From Negaprion brevirostris (lineage: Eukaryota), in the NCBI GenBank assembly GCA_030324005.1, contig JARDVH010000137.1, forward strand, positions 36,174,933 to 36,223,446: a stretch of DNA of 48,514 bases, read 5' to 3'. The notes under the pieces were generated by a model, which saw only the letters and a list, made by a program, of their open reading frames with translations, searched no databases and was not told where the DNA came from. Shown here one piece after another: positions 23,070 to 34,399 of this stretch. How positions within the stretch are numbered: position 1 is the first letter of the stretch; each line of letters starts with the position of its first letter. The translations under genes were made by a program, and so were the position numbers.

Positions 23070-24010
23070 ATTCAGCACAGAAGGAAGTCCCATTGTACCC
23101 GTTGTGTCTGTACCACTTCTTATAATGAGCAATTCACTTACAGCCTTATTTCCTGCCTTCTTCCTATAAGCGTACACATCCTTCCTTTTCAGATTACAGT
23201 CTAACCCCTTTTCAAATGGCTTGATTGACTCTACTTCCACCAGACTTTCAGGCTGTGTATCCAGATGTTAACCACTTGCTGTGTGAAGACGAATGGATCA
23301 TTTTTAGCTTCTTTTGCTTTAAATTTGTGTGCTTGTGTTCTCGAATCTCTATCTACTCTTTCCAGACCCCTCATGTTTTTGAGTACCTCTATCAAATCTC
23401 CTCTCAGCCTTCTCATCTCCAAGGAGAATAGTTTCAACCTTTCCAGTCTATCATCATAGTTCCTCATCCCTGGGACCATTCTCCTGAATCGTCTCTGTAT
23501 TCCTCCACATCCTTCCTAAAGTGCAGCACCCAGAACTGGAAGCAATATCCAGCTGAGGCCGAACTAGTGTCTTACACAGGTTTAACATGACCTCCTTGCC
23601 CATACTAATAAAGTCTACAATACTATGTGTTTTATTAACCACACTCTTGACACTTACCAACCGAGCCACAGTTGACACCTTCAATGATGTATGCAATGAT
23701 ACACACAGGTCACTTTGTTCCTGCATCCCATAGAGAGTTGTACGACTTATTTTTTATTGTTTTTTCACATTCTTCACATTTCTCTGCATTGAACTTCATC
23801 TGCCACCAGTCTGGCCAACATGTCCACGTTCTTTTGAAGTTCTGCACCATCCTCTTTACAGTTCACAATGCTTCCAAGTTTCATGTCATCTGTAAACTTT
23901 GAAATTGTGCTCTGTATACCAAGTCTAGGTCACTTATGCATATCAGGACAAGTAAGGATCCTAACTAACACTGACTCCTGTGAAGTCCACTATAAACCTT
24001 CCTCCAATCC
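23070..24010 (-). mobile_element. CR1 LINE RT-to-3' fragment
   Basis: PGMRNYDDRLERLKLFSLEMRRLRGDLIEVLK; LNLCKTLVRPQLD. Confidence 0.9.
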
Positions 24011-24013
24011 ATG

Positions 24014-24330
24014 TGTTATGGTTCGGATCAGAAACTCCAAAGTGTTTTATGGCACCCGCCTGGATTATAAATTTTGCACCTTGAATTTGGCTAGGTTTCA
24101 CTTCAGGTATGATTCACTAGGGAGCTTTTATCAAACAAAGTTTTATTTAAGAACATAGTTAACATGTATGGAAAGAAAATTATCAAAAACTTATATCAGT
24201 TAAAAGCAAAAACTAAACAACCACGATAATATACAACCCTTAACAAATATATCTAAGATGTCTGATCAAACCAAAACTTTCAATAGACAAAACCCTTTAA
24301 ACAAGTTCAACATAGAAAAATCAATGCAGC
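24014..24330. repeat. Possible LTR fragment
   Basis: Abrupt start tgttatg at the CR1 break and a minus-strand AATAAA near 24142; other end not identified. Confidence 0.3.
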
Positions 24331-24899
24331 CCCCTACCCCTGATGGACCGTGTGAGTCAGTCAAGGGTCGATACAATTGGAGGGTGCTACACCTAACTCC
24401 TTCCCTTTGCAGCTGGGATTTTATCAGCATCAGAGAATGTGGTGGGTGAGCCAACCAATTAAGTCCCTTTAAGTGTCCATTAATTGACCACTGCAAGTAT
24501 TATGCCTGTGACGGTGAGAGACTTGCCACATGGGGGGCATTGCCCATTGGAACCTGTGGCTCTACTCCTTCAAATAAACCAAACCAAAATTTAGTTTATC
24601 AGTCCTGTAAGTTTGTATTGAACAGAGAAATACAACAACTAATTTCTGCGGAATATTTCAGAGGGGATGACTTTAAATATAGACAAAAGTTTAAATTGCC
24701 TGACTAGGATAACCAGAGTCAGATCATGTGGTTTCAGTATTGTTCAGCAATGTGCAAGCAATTTTAACACTCAATTCACTGAAAGAAGGTGACCTTGAGA
24801 CCTTGCGGCCCATAAGTATGCACCTGGCCCTGATCTAGTCAGGGGCCCGGGATAGTATGGGGTCTTTGAGTCAGCTGGAGATGCTGAGTTAATCAAGGG

Positions 24900-25135
24900 A
24901 CTGGATTTCACTATCCAATAAAGGATTCAGAAGAAACTTCTTCACCCAGAGAGTGGTTAACATGAGGATCTTGCTTCCACAGTTGAAATGAATTGTAGAT
25001 GCATTGAAGGTGGAAGCTGGGTAAACACATGAAGGCGAAAGGAATACAAAATGAAATAACATTGGAGGAGGCTTGTATGGAGAATATACAGTGGCCACTT
25101 GGGCTAAATGGCCTGCTCCTATGCTAGAAATTCAA
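24900..25135 (+). mobile_element. CR1 3' fragment
   Basis: cagaagaaacttcttcacccagagagtggtt...gggctaaatggcctgctcctatgct. Confidence 0.7.
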
Positions 25136-25181
25136 TGTAATTCATTTTCTGGATATATGTGTCAGGTTATTACTGACTGAA

Positions 25182-25382
25182 GGTGTCAACTGTGGCTCAG
25201 TTGGTAACATCCTTGCTTCTGAATTGTAAGATTCCAGGTTCAAGTCCCAGTCCAGGACTTAAGTGCAAAAATCACGGCTGACGTTCCAATGTACTACTGA
25301 GGGTATGTTGCACTGTCTCTTCAATTAGATGATAAATGTTGGCCTAGTCTGATGGATGTAAAAGATCCCATGGCATGATTTC
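25182..25382 (+). mobile_element. Deu-domain SINE 5' half, ending at an HE1 insertion
   Basis: tRNA-like head tgtggctcagttggtaa...ggttcaagtccc; Deu motifs tactgagggtatgttgcactgtc, ggatgtaaaagatcccatggca. Confidence 0.75.
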
Positions 25383-26107
25383 ATAGAATCATAGAACATT
25401 AGAATCCCTACAGTGCAGAAAGAGACCTGCACCAACAACAGTCCCACCCGGGCCCCATACCCATAACCCTATGGATTTTACCCTGCTAATCCCCCTGACA
25501 CTAAGGGCCAATCAGCCTAACCCGCTCATCTTTGTAGTGTGGGAGGAAACCGGAACTCTCAGAAGAAACCCACAAAGACGTGGGGAGCACGTGCAAACTC
25601 CATACAGAGAGTGACCCAAGGCCAGGAATGAACCCGGNNNNNNNNNNNNNNNNNNNNNNNNNNNNNNNNNNNNNNNNNNNNNNNNNNNNNNNNNNNNNNN
25701 NNNNNNNNNNNNNNNNNNNNNNNNNNNNNNNNNNNNNTGGAACTCTCAGAAGAAACCCACAAAGACGTGGGGAGCACGTGCAAACCCCATACAGAGAGTG
25801 ACCCAAGGCCAGGAATGAACCCGGATCCACATAGTGAATGTGAAATTTACTACATGAATGCAATTCTCAATGGTAAATTCTATACTGCTAACTTCCTTAA
25901 ACTACATGGAATCCATTTAATTTAAAGCTTCTTGGAGATAAATGAACAAGCAAGGACATTAAGAATAGATGCAAAACCAATCCTGAGGAATGTATACTTG
26001 AATGAATCTCAAGATGATGATTGAGAGTTCCAAAGTGACACAAGGAGGTGTCCTTTAGACACATGCTGTGAGGCACCAGTGCTAACCACAGTGCCACTGT
26101 GCTGCCT
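25383..26107 (-). mobile_element. HE1-type V-SINE, tail A; body 25383-25826, head fragment 26063-26107
   Basis: Tail atagaatcatagaac...ccctacagtgcagaa; V domain duplicated across the gap; head ctgtgaggcaccagtgctaaccac. Confidence 0.8.
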
Positions 26108-26379
26108 GAATGGACCTGAATTAGTCAACTTTAAATGCTCCTTAAAGACTTTTCTATTTCAAAATGAATGATTGTGCCAAGGTCGCTCAATATTCTATAG
26201 CTTGAAAAAAATTAGGCCAGGCCATTACCTGGTCCTCTCATAGACAAAGCCAGACTCTGACAGTGGCTCAGCAGGTATATTAATGGAGCAGGAGTGGCAG
26301 TAGGGGGATTTGGTGGAGGTGTCAGTGTCCACAATTAATCTCAAAATCCCTAAATTACTTTTGGGGGGGGTTGAGCAAG

Positions 26380-26668
26380 CGGTGGTGGCACAGTGGCACA
26401 GTGGTTAACACTGCTGCCTCACAGCGCTAGGGACCTGGGTTCAATTCCCTGCTTGGGTCACTGTCTGTGTAGACTCTGCATGTTCTCCCCGTGTCTGCGT
26501 GGCTTTCCTCTGGGTGCTCCTGTTTCCTCCCACAATCTGAAAGATGTGCTGGTTAGATGCATTGGCCATGCTAAATTCTCCCTCAGTGTGGCGACTAGAG
26601 CATTTTCACAGTAACTTCATTGCAGTGTTAATATAGGCCTGCTTGTGACACTAATAAATAAACTTTAA
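26380..26668 (+). mobile_element. HE1-type V-SINE, tail B
   Basis: Head, V domain and tail ttttcacagtaacttcattgcagtg...ttgtgacactaataaataaacttt. Confidence 0.9.
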
Positions 26669-26714
26669 ATTAAACAGGATTTCCATACAGTAGGTCAGTG
26701 AACAATTTTTTAAA

Positions 26715-27023
26715 TATCATTTATGGGATGTGGGTATCGCTGGAACAGCGATATCCACATCCAGTACATATTATCCTTTTCTATTTGCCCTTGAGACAGT
26801 GGTGGTGAGCATCTTTCTTGAACTACTGTGGTCCCTGAAGTGTACTTACATCTACAGTGCTATTAAGGAGGAAGCTCCATCATTTTGACCTAGCGACAGT
26901 GAAGAAATGGGCGATATATTTCCAAATCAGAATGGCGAGTGGCTTGAAGGGGAACCTCCAGGTGGTAGTGTATCCCAGGTATCTGCAGCTCGATGATAGT
27001 GGTCATGGATTGTGAAGGTGCTG
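26715..27023 (-). mobile_element. Second CR1/L2-group LINE, 3' end
   Basis: Homologous to 31060-31380 (gtggtggtgagc..tcttgaac; atatttccaaatcagaatgg). Confidence 0.75.
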
Positions 27024-28087
27024 NNNNNNNNNNGAAAGGATACCAATCAATCTACCAAGATTGGATGAGGGCAAGATTGGGGTCCACCATGACGCTTCTC
27101 TCTGTCAAAAAAGCTGACAGAATTCACTGTCAAGTCTTAGATTAAGAAGTAATGGATAAGTATGGAATCTCATATCAGATAGGAATCCATTCTCTATAGG
27201 AAAAGGAGAAAAATTGGCAAAAATAAGAAGAGTCATAATTAAGAGGGTGACCTTGCAACCATATGACATATATCCGGGGGAAAGAAAATTAGTGCATAAA
27301 TTTGGGAAGTGAGGATCAAAACACAATTCACTGACCACAGCTGTTGTTGTCTGATGCAAGAATTGTCCTGTTAAATGATTCCTTCAGGCGACGAAGTTGA
27401 CAACAGCTGGTGGGGTCAATGAATGCTGTCACGAGCACTAGTCACATCACAGTGATGATCAGGATAAGTAACCTGCTCAGCAGGAGCCTTGTGGATATCG
27501 GTCAGATAACACATCCGCTATCCACCCGAGAGTTACAGGCAATGACTCAGTCAGAGGGCCATGTCTGGGTGCCCTGTAGCAGCAAGGTACCCTCAGTTGT
27601 CCATCGACCTGAAATGCATATTGGAGGAGTTAACAGCAGATAAAGACAGTGTGAAATGTACTGCATCTTTACCGTACATAAAAAAACACTCTCTCCTGTT
27701 ATTGACCTCCATGCCTCCGTTTGTTCTTTGAACTGAACAACCATGTTGTGCTAAAACACAGCTGATCAAACCTGCCTACAAGCCACGTCCAGTTTAAGAA
27801 ACACAAACCAATGTTCTTGTATGCAGTCCCGGAGATACAGAACTGAATACATTGTCTGTTTATGATGAAAGACTCTCCACTATTTCACACAAGCAGTTTG
27901 CGGCCAGAAAACAATGGAGAATAAAGTTCCTGCTTTTGGGAATGGTGGAGGATGTGGGCAAGTGAGGGAAACAATTTGAAGCCAGGACCAGATAAATCTG
28001 AAACTGCAGCAGCCTTATTACAAAAGCAAACAAGAGGACACTCAGTACCGTGCATTTCTCCACCATGCTTTGTTAACTCTAGAGAGG

Positions 28088-28390
28088 AGGCGCAATGCAC
28101 AGTGGTTAGCACTGCTGTCTCACAGCGCCAAAGACATAGGTTCGATTCCTGGCTTGGATCACTGTCCATGTGGAGTCTGCACATTCTTCCCATGTCTTGG
28201 TGGGCTTCCTTCAGGTGCTCCTGTTTCTGCTCGCAGTCCCAAAACATGCTGTCAGATGCATTGGCCACGCTAAATTCTCCCTCAGTGTACCCGAAAAGTC
28301 GTTGAAGTGTGGCAACTAGCAGATTTTCATAGTAACTTCATTGCAGTATTGTTGTAAGCCTCCTTGTGACAACAATAAATAAACTTCAAA
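28088..28390 (+). mobile_element. HE1-type V-SINE, tail B
   Basis: Head, V domain and tail ...ttgtgacaacaataaataaactt. Confidence 0.9.
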
Positions 28391-29339
28391 ACTTTCATTA
28401 TTACAATTGTGCATCTCTTCNNNNNNNNNNNNNNNNNNNNNNNNNNNNNNNNNNNNNNNNNNNNNNNNNNNNNNNNNNNNNNNNNNNNNNNNNNNNNNNN
28501 NNNNNNNNNNNNNNNNNNNNNNNNNNNNNNNNNNNNNNNNNNNNNNNNNNNNNNNNNNNNNNNNNNNNNNNNNNNNNNNNNNNNNNNNNNNNNNNNNNNN
28601 NNNNNNNNNNNNNNNNNNNNNNNNNNNNNNNNNNTTCAGTACACCGATGCATCCATATCCCTGACATTATGGATGCATCGGTGCTCTGAAGGTGGTATAT
28701 GGGTGGATTGGGTCAGTGGGGGTCAGGTCAGCTCTGAGGGTCAGGGATATTTGGGTCCACCAGGGGGATGGGGTCAGGTCAGATCTGTTGGGGGGTGGGG
28801 GGGTGTTGGGTCCAATCTGCAGGTAAGGGAGAGGGGAAGGACAAGGGTGTGGGACCCCATTAGGGGATCTCTTGGGTGAATCAGTACGGTGGGAAAACTG
28901 TAGGGGGAATAGTTAAATGAGTGAGGAAGGGTCCTCTAAGCGAGTTGGGCATTCTGGGTGTTTACAATAGTTGCCCAAAAGTTAGAAGAGGTTTTAATTC
29001 TTCTAACTTTTTCATAATAACTATTAATGCAACCATGACGGAACTATCCAAATTTTTTGAGTTAAGCCACATTTTCAGTTGGTTCCCAGGGCAGTGCAAT
29101 TGCCCAGGAGGAGTTATGAACAAACTTGTGTTTCTGGACAATTACCATAAAAACCCTTAGCTCGGAAGCCCTGAGAGGGTTTCCCCAGTGCATCTTTGGT
29201 GTATATCCTAAGTCCAACACCAGGGAGCTCAGACGTTATGGTCCTATGTGTTTACAGACAGGCTAGCAAATAGATGAAAAATTACCTTTCTTCAGTGACA
29301 GTGGTAATGAGGGCTGTTGTGTATATAAAAACATTTCTG

Positions 29340-30325
29340 TGAGGCTAAATTCCTCTCTAACTCAATTTTCAAGCTTGCTGATGGCACCAGCATAGTGTAT
29401 CGGGTCTCAAACAATGATTAGCTGGAGTATAGGAAAGAGACAGAGAATCTGGTGAACTGGTGCGATGACAATAATCTCTCCTTCAATGTCAGCAAAACGA
29501 AGGAGATAGTCATTGCTTCAGGAAGTGTAGTGGAGGACATGCCAATGTACATTAACGGGGATGAAGTGGAAATGATCGAGGACTTCAAGTTTCCAGGTGT
29601 CCAGATCGCCAACAACCTGTCCTGGTCCCCCCACACCAACACTATAGTTAAGAAAGCCCACCAACACCTCTCCTTTCTCAGAAGACTAAGGAAATTTGGC
29701 ATGTCTGCTACAACCCTCATCAACTTTTACAAATAGAAAGTATTCTTTCTGGTTGCATCACAGCTTGGTGTGAGTCCTGCTCTGTCCAAGACCACGAGGA
29801 ACTACAAAGGGTCATGACCGAAGCCCAGTCCAAACCAACCTCCCATCCACTGACTCTGTCTACATTTCCTGCTGACTTGGAAAAGCAGCCAGCGTAATCA
29901 AGGACTCCATGCACACCGGACATTCTCTCTTCCACCTTCTTCCATCAGGAAAAAGATACAAAAGTCTGAGGTCATGTACCAACTGACTCAAGAANNNNNN
30001 NNNNNNNNNNNNNNNNNNNNNNNNNNNNNNNNNNNNNNNNNNNNNNNNNNNNNNNNNNNNNNNNNNNNNNNNNNNNNNNNNNNNNNNNNNNNNNTGTACC
30101 AACTGACTCAAGAACAGCTTCTTCCCTGCTGCCATCAGACTTTTGAATGGACCTACTTCATATTAAGTTGATCTTTCCCTACACCCTAGCTCTGACTGTA
30201 ATATTACATCCTACACTCTCTCCTTTCCTTCTCTATGAATGGTGTACTTTGTGCAGCACGCAAGGAACAATACTTTTCACTGTATACTAATTCATGTGAC
30301 AGTAATAAATCAAATTAAATCAAAT
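29340..30325 (+). mobile_element. Rex1/Babar-type LINE, RT C-terminus to 3' end
   Basis: NWCDDNNLSFNVSKTKEIVI...FKFPGVQIANNLSWSPHT..VKKAHQHLSFLRRLRKFG; tail catgtgacagtaataaatcaaattaaatc. Confidence 0.9.
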
Positions 30326-30354
30326 CCATTTCGGAAAGCAGGGAGAGCACAACA

Positions 30355-30447
30355 ATTTATTACAACAGTGACGGCACTTCAGGATTACTTAATCAATTCT
30401 GGTGGCTGTGAAAAGTGCTGTATAAATACAAGTAATTTTCTTTTTTA
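30355..30447 (+). repeat. Deu-SINE/L2-type 3' tail fragment
   Basis: tacaacagtgacggcacttca...gtgaaaagtgctgtataaatacaagt. Confidence 0.5.
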
Positions 30448-31059
30448 ACTTTACACAAGTTCGTTCGTATGCATATGCCATAACTTGGAAACGCAGACAC
30501 ACTGGCTGCAGGATGATAAGAAGGATTTTGGATAAGGGGGCAAGTCGTGGGCCACTGAATCCCTGTCAAATGGCCTCCCCAAGGCTGAAGCTACCAATAC
30601 GCAGCAACACCACTGTCAGAGGTAGGAATTGTCATTGTAGACAAGTGAAAGAGCCGGCACCTCAAGATGTAGAGGCCTTCTGAAGACCTATTACGTACTT
30701 ATAAATACAAAGAGTCCACAATAGGCGCATGGGGTGGCCGCAGCTACAGCTCTATGGCTACAGTCGATGTGGAGAGTGGCAAGTTCGTTGCAGAATGGAT
30801 CACTAAGCCCCTGCCTGCCACCTGGGAGCCAGCTCCATCCTTCAATTACATTGTCCTTAATGGGAAGAGATTGAAAAATTCCTGTCAGCAGCGTGGGCTT
30901 GCCCTCGAGGTGGCCTAATTGACTGCCTGCAGTTTGTAGGCCCCGGGAATTGATTGTGCACAGGATTAAAACCACAAACATATCAGACAAAGGACAATAA
31001 GGTTACAATGATATGAAGGGTACAACACAAGTTGTAAATATGGCCTTTACCTGGAATAT

Positions 31060-33730
31060 CCCTTCATGGGGGTGTCACTGTGACTGGCTAGGCCACCATT
31101 TTTTACCTATCCCTAATTGCACTTGAGGAGGTGGTGGTGAGCTATCTTCTTGAACCACTGCAGTCTATGTGGTATAGATACACTCACAGCGCTGTTAGGG
31201 AGGGAGTTCTGAGCTTCTGTCCCAGTGACAGTGAAGGAGCGGCAATATATTTCCAAGTCAGGATGGTGAGTGGCTTGGAGCAGAACTTCCAAGTAGTGGT
31301 GTTCTTATGTGAATGCTGCCCTTGTCCTTCTAGATGGCAAAGATTGTGGGTTTGCAAGGTGTTACCTAAGAAGAAATCCTGCCGTGCACCTCTTAGATGG
31401 TACACATTGCTGACATTGTGCCAGTGGTGGAGGGAGTGAGTATTTGTGGATGGGCTGCCAATCAGCAGGCTGCTTTGTCCTAGACAGTGTCAAGTGTTGT
31501 TGAAACGGCACTCATCTTGGCAAGTGGAGGGTATTCCTGCAGTGATGACNNNNNNNNNNNNNNNNNNNNNNNNNNNNNNNNNNNNNNNNNNNNNNNNNNN
31601 NNNNNNNNNNNNNNNNNNNNNNNNNNNNNNNNNNNNNNNNNNNNNNNNNAACTGAAGTGAGTGACCTACAGCAGCCACAAACGAACTTTGTGCCAGGTCT
31701 GACTAACCAGCAGAGTTTTCCTCCTGATCACTATTGATCCCAGTTTTGCGAGGGCTCCATGATGCCACACTTGGTCAAATGATACCTTGGTGTCTAGGGT
31801 GGCCATTCCCACCTCAGCTCTGGAGTTCAGCTCATTTGTCCATGTTTGGACTATGAGGTCAGGAGCTGAGCGACCCTGGTGAAACCCAAACTGAGCATTC
31901 ATGTGCAGGCTATTGCTAAACTAATGACACTTGATAGCATTGTTGATGACTCCTTGCAACACTTTATTGATGATCAAGAGTCGACAGATGGGGCGACTAT
32001 TGGCCAGGTCCCATTTGTCCTGCTTTTTGTGTACAGGACAGACCTGGGCAATTTCCACACTACAAGCCAGATGTTAGTGTTGTAACTGTAGTAGAACAGT
32101 TAGGAGTGCGGCAAGTTCCGGAGCACAAGTCTTCAGTACCTTGCTGGAATACTGTCAGGGCCCATTGCCTTTGCAATATTCAGCATTTTCAGCTGTTTCT
32201 TGATATCACGTGGGGTGAATCGGATTGGCTGAAGACAAATGAGATGCTGGGGATCTCTGGAGGCGGCCGAGATGGAGCACCCACAGCACTTTTGACTGTA
32301 AGTGGTTGCAAATGCTTCAGCCTTATCTTTTACACAGATGTGCTGGCACCTCCATCACTGCAGATGAAGATATTTGTGGAGCCTTATCTATTGAGTTGTT
32401 TAATTGACCACCACCATTCATGACTGGATGTGGTAGGACTGCAGAGCTTTGATCAGGTCCATAGGTTGTGGAGTTGCTTAGCTCTGTCTGTTAGTCCAAA
32501 AATGTGCAGGTTAGGTTGATTGGCCATGCTAAAAATTGCCCCTTAGAATCGTGAGATGCGTAGGTTAGAGTGATTAGTGGGTAAATATGTAGGGATATGG
32601 GAGTGGGGCCTGGGTGGGATTGTGGTTGGTGTAGACTCGATGGGCCGAATGGCCTCGTTCTGCACTGTAGGGTTTCTATGATGATTTCTATGATTACTTG
32701 CTGCTTATGCTGTTTGGCACACAAGTAGACCTGTGTTGTCGCTTCACCAGGTTGATGCCTTAATTTTAGGTATGCCTGATGTGGTTCCTGCCATAACCTC
32801 CATTGAACCAGGTCGATCCCGTCTTGGTGGTAATGGTAGAGTGGGAGGATATGCTGTGTCATGAGGTTATAGATTGTGGTTCTGCTACTGTCCACAGCAC
32901 CTCATAGATGCCCAGTCTTGAGTTGCTAGATCTGTTCAAATTCTATCCGATTTAGCATGGTGGTAATGCTAAACAACACAATGGAGAGTAACCTCAATGT
33001 GAAGATGGAATTTTGTCTCCACAAGGACTCTGCAGTCATCACTCCTATCAATACTGTCATGGATAGATACATCTGCAGCAGGCAGGTAGATGAGTGAGGA
33101 TGAGGTCAAGTATATTTTTCCCTCTTGTTAGTTCCCTCACCACCCGCCACAGACCCAGTCTAGCAGTTACGTCCTTCAAGTCTTAACCAGCTTGGCCAAT
33201 AGTGTTACTACCAAGGTAGCTTGGTGATGGACATTGAAAGCCCCACCTAGATATTCTGTGTTCTTGCCTTCACTGCTTCCCCCAAATGGTGTTCAAAATG
33301 GAGGAGTACAGGTTCTTCAGCTGAGGGGGGAGGGGGCAGTACATGGCAATCAGCAAGCGGTTTCCATCCCAGTTTGATTCCTCAAGACATCATAGGGTCC
33401 AGAGTCGCTGTTGAGGACTCTCAGGTCCAACTCCTGCTGATTGTACACCACAGTGCCACCGCCACCTCATGGTGGGTCTGCTCTGTCAATGGGATAGGAC
33501 ACGCCCAGGAATGGGTGATGGTGGTGCCCGGGGCATTATCTGTAAAGTATGATCCTGTGAGTATCACTATGTCAGGCTGTTGCTTGACTAGTCTGAGACA
33601 CAGTTCTGCCAATGTTGACGCAGGTCCCCAGATGTTGGTAAGGATGACTTGCCGAGTAGGCTTGCCGAGTTTGCCATTGTCATTTCCTGTGCCTAGGACA
33701 ATGCTGGGTGGTACTTCTGGTCCCATTTCA
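31060..33730 (-). mobile_element. Second CR1/L2-group LINE, decayed ORF2 (endonuclease plus RT) to 3' end
   Basis: NIWG..LAELCLRLVKQQPDIVILTGSY (APE); AQFGFHQGRSAPDL...LDTKVSFDQVWHHGALAKL (RT). Confidence 0.85.
32493..32695 (+). mobile_element. 5'-truncated HE1 V-SINE, tail A, nested in a LINE
   Basis: gtccaaaaatgtgcaggttaggttgattggccatgct...gatgggccgaatggcctcgttctgcactgtaggg. Confidence 0.85.
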
Positions 33731-34263
33731 TTATAGGTTAGAAATACTGAGGAGCTTACTTCTCGAAACCGTTCTGCCAAGTTTCAGTCCAAGTGCAAAT
33801 ATATTGGGCAAGTAATTGAAGGAATTGCAGGTAATTGGTTGCTTCAGTTTTTACAACATGATTCAAAGCTTGTAAGTATTATGGAGCATGTCAAAAGTAA
33901 AGTAACGTTGACAAAATTTACTGTCACAGAAGATGTACTTTAATAGATTTTGGATTTATAGCACAAATTAGCACAATCTCAATAAAACAGCAGCAAACTC
34001 TCAGACTGATTTGAATGTTTAGACCACCAAATACATACGTTTTTGAATTGGAATAAACTGGTTGACAATTTTCTGCCATTCTGCTCTCTTTTATGGAACC
34101 TTTTTAAAAGTTTGGCTCGAAATTGCTTGCAGCCCCAGCATTCCAATACTTAACATGTTTTATTTAAACTAAACACATTAACACCTCCATGAAATTAGCA
34201 AACTGTTGTACACCAGTATCAAGCATTCATACACTATTATAGCAAACAGTAATTTAAAGCTAA

Positions 34264-34393
34264 AGGGTGGAATTTTCCCATCCACAGGAGTTCTAGCGGA
34301 CGGGACAGAGAATTCGGCGGACCATGCGAAAGTCTGTTGGCCTTGAGCTGGCAGTTCTGGTCTTGGGATGAGTGTGGCCAGAAAATCCAGCCT
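34264..34393. mobile_element. MITE with Harbinger-like TIRs
   Basis: agggtggaattttc ... gaaaatccagcct; interior similar to 13657-13765. Confidence 0.65.
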
Positions 34394-34399
34394 ATAGAC

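Noticed and set aside
25551..25825. Near-identical ~85-bp duplication within an HE1
   Set aside because: Flanks a 100-N gap; most likely unmerged contig overlap
27388..27610. Exon-like GC-balanced segment with acceptor-like sites on both strands
   Set aside because: Frames read from each acceptor hit stops and no matching donor was found
29975..30114. Identical tgtaccaactgactcaagaa on both sides of a gap
   Set aside because: Scaffolding artefact within the Rex1/Babar copy
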